A DNA stretch of 64,000 bases from an uncultured Actinomycetes bacterium (GCA_963704885.1 CAVPIB010000001.1:960001-1024000); one strand, 5' to 3'. Numbered from the stretch's first letter, positions 35,535 to 45,840 are shown. The notes: generated by a model not told the origin, from the sequence alone. Made by a program: numbers and translations.

Positions 35535-37887
35535 CCCCCAGGAGGACCAGCCAAACCAGCGCTCCGGCGGCGAGGCCTCGCGTGACCGCTCGGTCCCGAT
35601 AGGCCAGCCTGATCTCATGGTGTCCGGCGCGGACCGGGACCCCTTGGATCAGGTAGTCCGTCGCCAAGACCGGGACCTCGACCCCGTCCACGGTCGCGGA
35701 CCAGCCTGGGTCGTAGCTGTTGCGGACCACGACGATCGAAGGTCCGGTCGCATCAGCGGTGATCCGAACATCCTCGGGGTCGACCTCCCCGTAGCTCGTG
35801 GTTCCCGGCTCATCACCGGGGGCCCCCTCGATGCCCGGGTCGCGCTCGACGTATGCGGTTCGCGACGGATCGAACCCGGGCTCGAGAACCCCGTCCAGAG
35901 CCTCCTCGGGGTCGACGATCGCCCAAGACCGCACGACCGATACGCGGGGTTCCCAACCGTAGATCTGGACCAGGTCGTAGTCATCCGCACTCGCCACGAT
36001 CCGACCGGTCGGCACCGCCTCGAATCCTTCGGGCACGATCAGGAACCGGGTCCCGGTCAGGCGCACGTCTTCGAGAGAGGGCTCGTTGATGACGGTCGCG
36101 TTGTAGAAGACCGGAAGGTGGTTCGTGGCGCGGATATAGGTCCAGTACCGAGGCATCTGAACAGGGTTGTAGCCCAAGACATCCGGGATGCCGAATAGCG
36201 TACCGCGCTCCATGGCGAGCGCAGGCCAGTCCTGGGGGCGCTGCGTGAACAGGTAGCCCTTGTCGAAGTTGGCCGCGGGTTGCGCCCAGGTTAGGTAGCG
36301 GTCGGGCTGCTGACGCAGGATGTCGACGAACGCCGTCGGGCGCAGGTAGTCGCGTTCGGGCAGGTCCGGATAGCGGAGCACCTGCGGGATAAGGTTGGGG
36401 TGCTCGCCGGCCTCCAGGCCGGTGAAGATGGTGCCGCCCGTGTAGGTGTTCGACAGGATCGCACTGGCGAAGAGCTCGAGACCCAGAACACCGACGACCG
36501 CCACCGCCGCCCACCGGGCGCGTGCGGTCGCCAACCACACGAGCGAGGGAACCGCCGCGAGCATGGCGACGCCCACCAGGACGAAGCGGTAGGGCGTGGC
36601 ACCCATCACGAGCGGCAAGACCAACAGGAGCACGACGCCGCTACCGAGCGCCCACTTGACCGCGCGCGCCGACATCGGTCGATCGCGGAGCCCCTGCAGC
36701 CCCACAGCCCCAAGGATGGGGATCGCGATCATGGACAGGTATCGCATGCGCCCTGGGTTGTGCAGGTAGACGTCACCGAACGGGATCATCAGGATCAGCG
36801 AGCGGAACCACCCCGCTGTAACGATGGCGTTCAGCATCAAGACCCAGGTGAGTGCGAACGCTCCGCCGAAGGCCCAGACGACGGCACGATGGGAACGGAC
36901 TCGGAGCGCGAGCGGAACCGCCAGCAACACGATCGCCCCCATGTAGGCACCCGGTGCTACGCCGTAAGCGAGGGGCCACGCGGCCCAGACGCCGTTCGTG
37001 GCGATCGGCCGGTCGCCCGCGCGCCCGAGTGAGTCGTAGCCGCTGTTGAGACTGGATGAGCCGATGAAGTCAAGGCGGGGGATCAGTATGGCCAGGGCGG
37101 CGAGGGGCATCACGGCGAGGAACAGCGCCACCCGTCCGATCGCCGCCCACGCTTCCAGCTCGCCCGAACGTACCGAGGCGACCGCCGTCGCTGCCAGGTA
37201 GGAGGACACCAGCAGGGAGCATGCGACCAGACCGTGGCTCATATGCGCGTTGGCCACCTGCGACCAGGCGAACGCCGAGAGCGCCATCCATGCCAGACGC
37301 CTCGACCATCGGTCGGCGCGCCGGTACCCCGAGGCGCCGACCAGAACGACGGTCGTCCACGCGAGCGAGCCGGCGAACGGCAGGCTTATCGCAACCTCGG
37401 ACGTCGACATCAACATCGCCAGGCAGAGGCCGCCGGCGGTCGCGAACAGCCGCGACAAGTGCTCCTTGCGCAGGAACCAGAACAACCCGAGCCCGGCCAA
37501 CAGGGGGTTGAAAACGATGAAGGCTCTCAACGCCGCCCCTGGCGAGAGCGCGGAGAACAGGACCATGGGCGGGAGGTAGAGCCAACCGCTCTGCGGGTCG
37601 GCGGCGAAGCGGTACCCGAGCATCTCGTTCGGGTTCCAGAGAGGGACATGGCCCGAAGCGAGCGCGTTCCCCAAGAACCCGAAGCGCGGGAGCCAGAACG
37701 CCAGGATGTCCGGATGCTGGTTCGTGAGCAGCGGCTGGAACGCGAAGCCCCGCAACGTGAACAGCACCCCTGCGACGATCAACGCGGGACCGGCGCAGGC
37801 CGCGACAACGCCACGTAGGCGGTCTCTGCGGGCTGGCGTATCCGACTCGCGGGGTGGGGCCTGGGGCCTCGCGATGGTGGCGCTCAT
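35464..37887 (-). CDS. YfhO-like GT-C membrane glycosyltransferase
   Basis: PLWNP..G..FAADPQ, many TMs, C-terminal YDPGWSATVDG..G.HEI. Confidence 0.75.
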   Translation of the reverse strand: MSATIARPQAPPRESDTPARRDRLRGVVAACAGPALIVAGVLFTLRGFAFQPLLTNQHPDILAFWLPRFGFLGNALASGHVPLWNPNEMLGYRFAADPQSGWLYLPPMVLFSALSPGAALRAFIVFNPLLAGLGLFWFLRKEHLSRLFATAGGLCLAMLMSTSEVAISLPFAGSLAWTTVVLVGASGYRRADRWSRRLAWMALSAFAWSQVANAHMSHGLVACSLLVSSYLAATAVASVRSGELEAWAAIGRVALFLAVMPLAALAILIPRLDFIGSSSLNSGYDSLGRAGDRPIATNGVWAAWPLAYGVAPGAYMGAIVLLAVPLALRVRSHRAVVWAFGGAFALTWVLMLNAIVTAGWFRSLILMIPFGDVYLHNPGRMRYLSMIAIPILGAVGLQGLRDRPMSARAVKWALGSGVVLLLVLPLVMGATPYRFVLVGVAMLAAVPSLVWLATARARWAAVAVVGVLGLELFASAILSNTYTGGTIFTGLEAGEHPNLIPQVLRYPDLPERDYLRPTAFVDILRQQPDRYLTWAQPAANFDKGYLFTQRPQDWPALAMERGTLFGIPDVLGYNPVQMPRYWTYIRATNHLPVFYNATVINEPSLEDVRLTGTRFLIVPEGFEAVPTGRIVASADDYDLVQIYGWEPRVSVVRSWAIVDPEEALDGVLEPGFDPSRTAYVERDPGIEGAPGDEPGTTSYGEVDPEDVRITADATGPSIVVVRNSYDPGWSATVDGVEVPVLATDYLIQGVPVRAGHHEIRLAYRDRAVTRGLAAGALVWLVLLGAIPIATWLERRRHGRPHPGDAVP

Positions 37888-37987
37888 GGAGCCTGAGCCT
37901 ACGGGAACCTCCCCGCCTTCGCGGGGTCCTTTGGTAGGGTGAGCCGGTCGTTCGACGCCCTCGCACACCTCTTAAGGATCGCCACTC

Positions 37988-38665
37988 ATGATCAGCCTGC
38001 AGACCGTCACGAAGACCTACCGCAACGGCACCACTGCCCTTGAGGACGTCTCTGTCGAGATCGAGAAAGGCGAGTTCGTCTTCGTCGTGGGGCAATCGGG
38101 CAGCGGCAAGTCGACGCTCATCCGCTTGCTCCTCAAAGAGGAGGAAGCCACGAAGGGCAGCGTCTACGTAGCCGGCAAGAACCTGGCCAAGATCACTTCC
38201 TGGAAGGTCCCCTACCTGCGGCGCAACATCGGCACCGTGTTCCAGGACTACAAGCTTCTCTCCGACAAGACCGTGTTCGAGAACGTGGCGTTCGGCCTGG
38301 AAGTCATAGGCAAGCAGAAGAGCGTCATAGACCAACGTGTGCCGGAGATCTTGGAGTACGTAGGGCTGGGGGAGAAGTTGAACAACTACCCAGACGAGCT
38401 CTCGGGCGGCGAGCAGCAGCGGGTCTCTATCGCGCGCGCGTGCGTGAACCGTCCGCTCGTCCTGCTGGCCGACGAGCCCACCGGCAACCTCGACCCGAAC
38501 ACCAGCGTGGACATCATGCGCCTGCTGGACAAGGTGAACCGCATCGGCACCACTGTGGTGATGGCCACTCACGACCAGGCGATCGTCGACGCCATGCGCA
38601 AACGCGTGGTGGAGCTGGACAAGGGGCGCGTGATCCGCGACCAGGCGCGTGGGGTCTACAGCTGA
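37988..38665 (+). CDS. ftsE: Cell division ATP-binding protein FtsE
   Basis: [43 protein letters not shown]. Confidence 0.95.
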   Translation: MISLQTVTKTYRNGTTALEDVSVEIEKGEFVFVVGQSGSGKSTLIRLLLKEEEATKGSVYVAGKNLAKITSWKVPYLRRNIGTVFQDYKLLSDKTVFENVAFGLEVIGKQKSVIDQRVPEILEYVGLGEKLNNYPDELSGGEQQRVSIARACVNRPLVLLADEPTGNLDPNTSVDIMRLLDKVNRIGTTVVMATHDQAIVDAMRKRVVELDKGRVIRDQARGVYS

Positions 38666-39546
38666 TGGCACGCGGCGTACAGAACTACTTCCGGGAGACC
38701 GCGTCCGGCCTTCGCCGCAACGGGATAGTCGCTTTCGCGGCCATGTCCACGGCGTTCATCGCGCTCTTCTTGTTCGGGCTGGCGCTGCTGATCGCGCGCG
38801 AGTTCAACCTGGTCATCGACGCCTGGACCGGCAACGTGCAGGTGGCCGTCTACCTCACCGATTCCGCGAACCCCGACACGGTCAAGCTCCTGACGGATAG
38901 GCTCGAATCGCTTCCGGCGGTCGGAGAAGTGAAGTACGAGAGCAAGCATGAAGCGTGCGTGCGAGCAGAGGTACTGTTCGCGAATCAGCCAACCCTGATC
39001 GAGAACGTTGACTGCGAGAACATCTTCCCTGCATCGCTGCGCGTCCACCTAGCGGATCCCGGACAGTTCGGCCAAGTTCGGGCTGCCGTGGAGGGACAAC
39101 CCGGGGTGGAGCAGATCGCCGACTATCGAGAGGTGCTATCCCGGCTGGTGGCGATCACACGGGTGCTTTCCATCGGCATCCTGTCGATCGCCGTGGTCAT
39201 GCTGGCGTCGGCCATCGCCTTGATCGCGAACACGCTTCGGATGGGGATGTTCGCCAGACGCAAGGAGATCGGGATCATGCGGCTGGTCGGAGCCACGAAC
39301 TGGCGTATCCGGGTGCCATTCCTGATCGAAGGGTTGGTGGAGTCGATCCTGGGGGCGCTGGCGGCGATCGCGGCTCTGTTCCTTGTGAAGGTGCTCTTCG
39401 TCGACAGGCTCCGCGGCGAGATCAGCTTCTTCCCACTGGTGCAGAACCGCGATGTGCTCGCGATCGCGCCCTGGATCCTGATCGCGGCGACGGTCATCGC
39501 GGTGATCGCCGGCACGATCGGGATGCGCCGCTTCCTCGACGTCTAG
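38665..39546 (+). CDS. ftsX: Cell division permease FtsX
   Basis: RRKEIGIMRLVGATNWRIRVPFLIEG; four TMs; follows ftsE. Confidence 0.93.
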   Translation: MARGVQNYFRETASGLRRNGIVAFAAMSTAFIALFLFGLALLIAREFNLVIDAWTGNVQVAVYLTDSANPDTVKLLTDRLESLPAVGEVKYESKHEACVRAEVLFANQPTLIENVDCENIFPASLRVHLADPGQFGQVRAAVEGQPGVEQIADYREVLSRLVAITRVLSIGILSIAVVMLASAIALIANTLRMGMFARRKEIGIMRLVGATNWRIRVPFLIEGLVESILGALAAIAALFLVKVLFVDRLRGEISFFPLVQNRDVLAIAPWILIAATVIAVIAGTIGMRRFLDV

Positions 39547-39555
39547 GCGATCGGC

Positions 39556-40032
39556 ATGAGCCCGCGCGCTGAGGGCACGCCCGACGAGAAGATCGTCGCC
39601 TCTAATCGCAAGGCGTGGCACAACTACGAGATCCTCGAACGGTTCGAGGCGGGTCTGGTGCTGACCGGCTCCGAGGTGAAGTCGCTCCGCGAGGGTCGCT
39701 CTTCGCTCGCGGAGGCGTACGCGCGCATCGGCAGCGGCGAGGCATGGCTGGAGAACATGCACATCCCGCCCTACGAGCAGGGCGAGAAGCGCGGCTACGA
39801 TCCGCTCCGCCCACGCAAGCTTCTCTTGCATCGCAAGGAGATCGATCGCCTGATCGGCAAGCAGAAGGAGCAGAGCCTGGCCTTGGTGCCGCTCCGCGTG
39901 TACTTCGTACATGGGCTTGCCAAGGTCGAATTGGGGCTGGGCAAGGGCAAGCGCGAGTACGAGAAGCGTCAATCAACGTTGAAGCGTCTGGCCGAGCGTG
40001 AGATGGAGCGAGCCACGAGCCGCCGACGATAA
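39556..40032 (+). CDS. smpB: SsrA-binding protein
   Basis: NRKAWHNY, EAGLVLTGSEVKSLR, RKLLLHRKEI, GKGKREYEKR. Confidence 0.96.
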   Translation: MSPRAEGTPDEKIVASNRKAWHNYEILERFEAGLVLTGSEVKSLREGRSSLAEAYARIGSGEAWLENMHIPPYEQGEKRGYDPLRPRKLLLHRKEIDRLIGKQKEQSLALVPLRVYFVHGLAKVELGLGKGKREYEKRQSTLKRLAEREMERATSRRR

Positions 40033-40091
40033 CCGGTGGTTCGAAGTGCGTCGGCACCTTGGCCGTATACTCGTTGAGACAACTGCATATT

Positions 40092-40440
40092 GGGGGTGTA
40101 CTGGCTTCGACTTGGACGTTCATCGACTGGGAGAAGCGGGCCGAGATCCCGGATGTCTCGCTAAACGCCGGATCAACACAAGCGCCGATGACTACGCGCT
40201 CGCTGCTTAATTAGTTAAGTAGCCGTCCCCTCCGGGGCGCCTGCGACCGGAGGATGGACGTCGTAAGCAGGCTCACGGCAACGGTTCCGCCTGGGGGCCG
40301 ACGCCGGAAAACTAACCCGGGCTGGCCGCGAGGTCCTCTGCCGGTGGGAGCCTCGAGGTGAGATCTACCACCTGGCTGCGCCCGGAGAAGACCCAGTCGG
40401 TCGCCCAAGGACAGGGGTTCGAATCCCCTCACCTCCACCA
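40092..40440 (+). ncRNA. ssrA: tmRNA
   Basis: 5' GGGGGTG..TTCGAC; 3' GGTTCGAATCCCCTCACCTCCACCA with G3-U70 pair; tag ADDYALAA* at 40184-40210; TATACT at 40066-40071. Confidence 0.97.
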
Positions 40441-40484
40441 GTCTATCTGTGGTGCAACTCATCCCTAGCGTACGTCAGGTGCAG

Positions 40485-40905
40485 TCATCGATGCGCCGTA
40501 ACGGATGCGGTGTGTTCGCGAGCATCGATCGCCAACGTTTCGGCGGTCCGAAGCCTCTCGTAGTCGGACCCCTCGATGGTGATCACGGGCGTCAGGACGC
40601 CGTAGAGCTCGCGGGCGACTATCGCTCCGAGGGCGACGATGCCGTCTGGCTCTCGCAGGATGATCGCGGCGGGTGCGGTGCCGGCACGGATGGCTTCGGC
40701 CAGGACATACGAGCTGGAGCTGGAACCTCGGCCGGAGGGCATCACCAGGACGCGTCCGGTGAGGTTCGCTCCCAGCTGGGGGTGATGCGTATCGATCACC
40801 GCGCCGGTCGCTGGGTCCAGGCCTCCCCAGAAGCTGAGCGGTTCGTCCAGGACCATCGCGAGCCCGGCCGCCCGGCCCGCGAACGAGTGTGCGGCCCTCA
40901 GGCAC
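40485..40905 (-). CDS. Aconitase X swivel subunit (DUF126); one apparent frameshift near 40880
   Basis: PLSFWGGLDP.TG, GRGSSSSS, APAAI; N-terminus VPEGRTLV lies in another frame. Confidence 0.8.
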
Positions 40906-42155
40906 CGTCGTCGCCCCAGAGCTCGGGGTCGCGCCAGACGCGGCCGAGCGCGGCCGAGCGGACGCACTCGTCGAGCGAACCGAACACAACGTCGAACCCG
41001 AGATTCGCGGGCGCGTACCAGGCCCACTTGGCGGAGTTCGTCATCACCGGACCGTCGATGTCGTGGATGATCGGCGTGATGTAGGTGCATGTGTCCGTGA
41101 CGAGCGTGACCCCGGCGTCCGCGAGCCGTTCTGCGTGCCCTCGCTGACGTCTCGGCCCGTGTTCGCGTAGAAGGGCACGATCGGGTGACGCTCCGGCGAC
41201 CAGGGCGGACAGCCGCTCCAGCTCGGCGCGCGACAGGTGCGGGGTTCCGACGCTCACCGCCCCGATCGGCCCATCGGGCACGTTCGTGAGCTCATCCCGC
41301 GCCGCGCGGAGTCTCTCGGGGGTGACGACCACCTCGTCGGCGCGGCGGCATCTCCGCCAGCGCGGCCTCGAGGGTCGGCGCCTCCGGCGTCACGCCCACC
41401 GCGTGGAACATAGCCACGGCGCCCGACGACGCTGCCGCGGCGCCGAGCGCCTTCAGTCGATCCTCATCGGTGTCGGACGGGAGCCCGACGATCGCAGCGA
41501 CCTCCGTGCCGGCCTCTCTGCCCAGGATGTGGCCGACGCAGGTGGGCGTGACCTCGTCATGCAGCAGCCGGTCGGGGATACCTTCGAGACGGAGCACCAT
41601 GGTGGCGCGACGGTTGACATCGAGGTGCAGGCCCGCGAGAGGTGCACGACCGGTGATCGCCGCACAGATGTCGATGAAATCGCCGTAGCGGTTCGTTCGG
41701 GCACCCAAGACCGAGTTGGCGAAGACGATCGCGTTGGATTCCGCCCAAGCGACGTGCTCGCCGGATGCGGGGCGCTCAGGCAGTTGGTACGGCGCGCAGG
41801 TCCACGTGGGTCGACATCCCATGCCCACGTAGGCATCCATCAGCCGCCGGGCGTTGGCAGCCGTCTCGCCGTCGAGCCGCACCAGCTCGGGGTGCAACAG
41901 GTCGAGCGACGAGACGTTGAGCGTGGTCGGGACCACCACGCGAGCTCCGCCCTCGACCAGCCGTTGCGCGAAGTCCAGCCCGGCCCGGCCGTGGTACAGG
42001 CAGCTGTCGATGTGGGCCGAGGTGATGTCGATCAGGCGCTCGGCCTCCCACACACGGGCCATCTCGGTCACGATCCGCATGGCGAGCGCCACGGCCTCGC
42101 CTTGCTCACCCTGGAGCTTCGTGCGGTCATCCTCCGTCAGGACCGGGTCAGTCAT
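40898..42155 (-). CDS. Aconitase X catalytic subunit (DUF521); apparent frameshifts
   Basis: HIDSCLYHG, PTTLN, TCAPY, WAESNA..NSVLGARTN, GTPH, DTC, TNSAK across frames; shifts near 41345, 41183 and 41137. Confidence 0.82.
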
Positions 42156-44063
42156 CGGTCGGGGGATCTCGGGGATCCCGAACGGATCGCCGTCGGCGAA
42201 CTCGGTCTCGCCGAACGTCGAGAGGTCGACCGACCCGAGGGTCTCCAGGTACGAGGTGGCGAACACCGCCGAGAACTCCTTCTGGTCGAGCAGGTCTTGT
42301 TCGATCGCGCTCGCCGGTACGTAGGGACCGATGTTCTGGCGGTAGCGGTAGTCCCGGAGGTACGCGGCCACGTCTTCGATGGAGGCGCCGTCGTCCCACA
42401 ACACGTCGGAGTGCAGGTAGACCTCTGATGGCACGACGCTCTGAACCACGTTGAACAGACCGCGCCCGAACTCGGCCTCGATGTGGTCACCCAGTTGGAT
42501 CGGGTCCAGTCGGACGCCGTCGACGGAGTCGGGGAGAGGACACTGCCCGTGATCCGCGGTCGCGATCAGGACGTAGTCGTTGGGGAACATCTCTTCGAGC
42601 GTGTCGACCAGACGGCCTAATTGCGCGTCGACCTCCTCCAAGATCAAGCCCTCCCACTCCGAGAGCATGTTGTACATGTGCCCCGTGTAGTCCGGCGTCT
42701 TGTAGTTGATGAAAAGCAGGTCGGTGACACCGCTCTGCCCGATGGGTTCGTTGCGGAGCGTCGCCTCGATCAGGTCGCCCTGGTATCGCACGACCGGCGG
42801 GCTGGAGGAAGGCGACTGCTTGCCCGTCGGGGCGTATCGAGCGTCCCACCCGGGCGAGTCGAACGCGTCGACGTGAGCTTGATAGACATCCAGGCCCGGC
42901 GCGCCCACCGGCAGCCGGAAGAGCTCGGGGTTGTGCGACGCCCACCCGCCGACGCCGTTCTCCTTGTAGAGGGTCTCGTCCCAGTAGACGCCGACCGGCA
43001 GGTCGTCGGCGCTCCGCGAAAGGCCGCCGTACCCGATCATGCCCATGTGCCAAACCTGGTAACCGATCTGGCCCACCCAGGCGCGGTTCTCGGTCTCGTC
43101 GCTCCATAGGTCCGCCAGGGTGGGGATCAGGATGTCGCCGGGGTTCGCCCTGCCCGCCTCGCCGTAGACCTTGCGGACCTTGTTCCCGTCCCGGATGTTG
43201 TGACCGGTCACGCCATGTTCGTCTGGGAAGGCGCCGGTGCCGATCGTCGTGTGCGCGCACGCGGTGACGGCGGGGAACGAGCCGACGATCGCGTTAGGGT
43301 AGTTGGCCCCGCTCAGCATCAGGCGTTGAAGGTTCGGCCACCGGCCGGGCCACTGCTTCAAGACGTTCCATCCGCCCCCGTCGACCACGAACGTCACCAC
43401 GATCTTCGGAGGCTCGGCAACCGGTTGGATCGAGGGGAGCGTTGTCCCGGCTCGATCGTTGGGCCATGCCTCGGATCCGATCTGTTCCGCGACGGTGGGC
43501 GCGATATCCGCCAGCGTCACGCGCTCCGTGTTGTCTGAGGGCGCGACGCGTCCGGGCGCATAGACCACCAGCGGCACTCGCTCCAGGTACATCCACACCG
43601 ACGCGTGGCTGGTGTTCGGGTAGAAGCGGACCAGGTCCCGGGACTCGTTCGCGTAGTTGGCGCTGTTGTAGGGGGCGAGCAGGAGCTGCAGGTCCCCGGA
43701 TCGACCGGGGTGATACGCGCGGCGGACGAGCTCCATGTACTCGGCGCCCATGTCGTTGGCCATGGCCTCCTGGATCGGCCGCGGGTCGGGGAAGGAGAGC
43801 TTGCGGGTCACGCGACCGAGCGCGTCCCCCACGAAGAGCCACGCGAATCCACCCAGCCCCGCGAGGGTGAGGAAGCGGCGCCGGCTCGGGTCGTGCGCCC
43901 CGTCGAGCCTGGTCCTCCAGGCCAGGGCTGCCATCCCTACCGCGAAGGACACGAGCCCCGCGATCAGTCCGAGGAGGCTGCTGCCCAGGGCTGACACCAC
44001 GAAGGCGACGGCGCCGCCGAGCAGCGCGAACACGAGCAGAGAGCGCGGGGGTCCAGATCTCAC
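42152..44063 (-). CDS. Membrane-anchored alkaline phosphatase/NPP-superfamily protein (PafA-like), apparently circularly permuted
   Basis: VVTFVVDG, PAVTACAHTTIGTG, PDYTGH, TADHG; RSGD..SHAS..VPL..DIAPT segment lies N-terminal to these. Confidence 0.8.
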
Positions 44064-44140
44064 GACCTCTCGATTCTGTCAGAGCGAAAGCGTTACACCT
44101 GTGAAAGCCCGCGGAGGGAAGAGGACGGTCTTTCAGGACG

Positions 44141-44173
44141 TTCAGGTCGGGTTCAGCGTCCAGTCGTCATCAT
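44141..44173 (+). promoter_or_regulatory. TTCAG-N6-TTCAG box plus weak -10 upstream of the PepSY gene
   Basis: TTCAG 44141-44145 and 44152-44156; CATCAT 11 nt downstream. Confidence 0.5.
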
Positions 44174-44202
44174 GGCGATCCACAGTGGAAGGAGCAGGGA
44201 TC

Positions 44203-44532
44203 ATGGATCGCAGGACCAAGTGGATCGCAGGAGGCGCTCTCGCGGTCGCCGTGGTGGGTGGGGGCGCGAGTCTGGCCGTGGCGTCGAGCGGGGACGACGA
44301 ACCTCTCACGGGCTCAGCGCTCGACCGCGCCACCGTCGCGGCGCTCGAGCACACCGGCGGTGGCACGGTGACGGAGACCGAGATCGGCGACGGCGGAGCC
44401 GCCTTCAGCGTCGAGGTGCGTCTTGACGATGGGACCCAACTCGAGGTGAGTCTCGACGAGAACTTCAACGTGATCGGACAGGAGGCCGACGACGACGGCG
44501 CCGAAGACCAGGATGGATCTAGGGACGACTGA
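44203..44532 (+). CDS. PepSY-domain secreted protein
   Basis: Signal/anchor; AAL..TGGGTVTETE..FSVEVRLDDG..EVSLD; acidic tail. Confidence 0.78.
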   Translation: MDRRTKWIAGGALAVAVVGGGASLAVASSGDDEPLTGSALDRATVAALEHTGGGTVTETEIGDGGAAFSVEVRLDDGTQLEVSLDENFNVIGQEADDDGAEDQDGSRDD

Positions 44533-44548
44533 GCGCAGGGACGAGGCT

Positions 44549-45220
44549 TCAAGCAGCGTCGAGCGGACCGAAATCCACAGCCTGCGTCGCTCTGGGTATC
44601 GCCAGTCCGAGCTTCAGGACCGTCCAGAAGCAGAGCTCCACGACCGGGCCCACGAGCAGCGCGAGCGTGAGTGTGCCGATGCCCGCCACCCCGCCGAGCA
44701 TCACGCCGATCACCAGCACCGCTACCTCCATGGTCCCTCGGACCAAGCCGATCCGCTGTCCCGTGCGCCGAGAGAGCATCAGCATCAAAGAGTCGCGCGG
44801 ACCGGCGCCCATCCCCGCACCGATGTAGAGCGCAGAGCCCACGCCGAACAGGAGCACACCCGCCCCAAGGAGCGCGATCCGCAAAGGCAGCCCCGAGTCG
44901 GATAGCCGCTCGATCGCATCGAACGAGCTGAGCACGTCGATAGCCACGCCGATCACGATGGCGTTGGCGAAGGTCCCGAACCCTGGCGATGTCCCCGCTA
45001 TCCATGTGATCGCCACGATGATCAGGCCGACCACGATCACCGTCGTGCCCAGCGACATGGGTGCGTGTTCCGCGATCCCCAGATGGAATACGTCCCACGG
45101 CGGAAGCCCTAGCCGCGACTCCAGCATGAAGACGATGGCCAGGCCGAACAGGATCAGTCCGCCGAACAGGGCCACCAGCCGAACGACGAGGTTGCCACGG
45201 AGGAGCGGGGCGTCCTTCAC
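44549..45220 (-). CDS. YczE/YitT family membrane protein
   Basis: LGLPPWDVFHLG, G.GT, GAGPRDSLM; start codon uncertain. Confidence 0.8.
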   Translation of the reverse strand: MKDAPLLRGNLVVRLVALFGGLILFGLAIVFMLESRLGLPPWDVFHLGIAEHAPMSLGTTVIVVGLIIVAITWIAGTSPGFGTFANAIVIGVAIDVLSSFDAIERLSDSGLPLRIALLGAGVLLFGVGSALYIGAGMGAGPRDSLMLMLSRRTGQRIGLVRGTMEVAVLVIGVMLGGVAGIGTLTLALLVGPVVELCFWTVLKLGLAIPRATQAVDFGPLDAA

Positions 45221-45360
45221 GTGGTGCGCTGCCCAGGAACGAACATCATCACCCGAGCGTAACGGTCGATCGGCGCATGTGGTGCGAGCCAGGACGGCCA
45301 CGAGCGCTTTATGGAAGATCGGTGGTGGCGAGGGCGAGCGAGTCCGTTACCTTGCTGGCT

Positions 45361-45840
45361 ATGTCGCACGCAGCCAACGCCTTCGTCGTCCTGCCGGGGG
45401 AGGGAACCGCGATCCGCGGGCCGGTCGGAGGACCCACCACGATCAAGGCGCGTACCGAGAACACCGCGGGCAGCTTCACGCTCTTGGAGGTGGTGGTCCC
45501 TCCAGAGCAAGGCCCACCGCTCCACGTCCACTCCCGCGAGGACGAGATGTGGTACGTGCTGGACGGTCATCTCCGCTTCAAAGCCGACGAGGAGATGCTG
45601 GACGCCCCCTCGGGTGCGTTCGTGTTCGTTCCGCGCGGCGTTCAACACTGCTTCCAGAACATCGGGGATGGATCGGCCACCATCCTCGTGATGTTCACGC
45701 CGGGAGGCATGGAGCGGTTCTTCGAGCAACACGCCGAGCTCCCCGCTGGCCCCGTCGACGCCGGGGCCTACGCCGCCATCGCGAGGAACAACTGGATGGA
45801 GGTCGTCGGCAAGCCCCTAGCCGAGTCCGACCCGATCTAG
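45361..45840 (+). CDS. Cupin-domain protein
   Basis: PPLHVHSREDE.WYVLDG, VPRGVQHCF, PGGMERFF. Confidence 0.85.
   Translation: MSHAANAFVVLPGEGTAIRGPVGGPTTIKARTENTAGSFTLLEVVVPPEQGPPLHVHSREDEMWYVLDGHLRFKADEEMLDAPSGAFVFVPRGVQHCFQNIGDGSATILVMFTPGGMERFFEQHAELPAGPVDAGAYAAIARNNWMEVVGKPLAESDPI

Noticed and set aside
40410-40500. Integrative element at the tmRNA 3' end
   Set aside because: No integrase, no duplicated ssrA 3' end noticed downstream, and no obvious composition shift.
41292-44063. 923-aa phosphatase-aconitase X fusion in the ORF track
   Set aside because: Removing one base from the 5-G run at 42161-42165 gives an ordinary ATGA stop/start overlap at 42152-42155, and nearby indels point to sequencing error.
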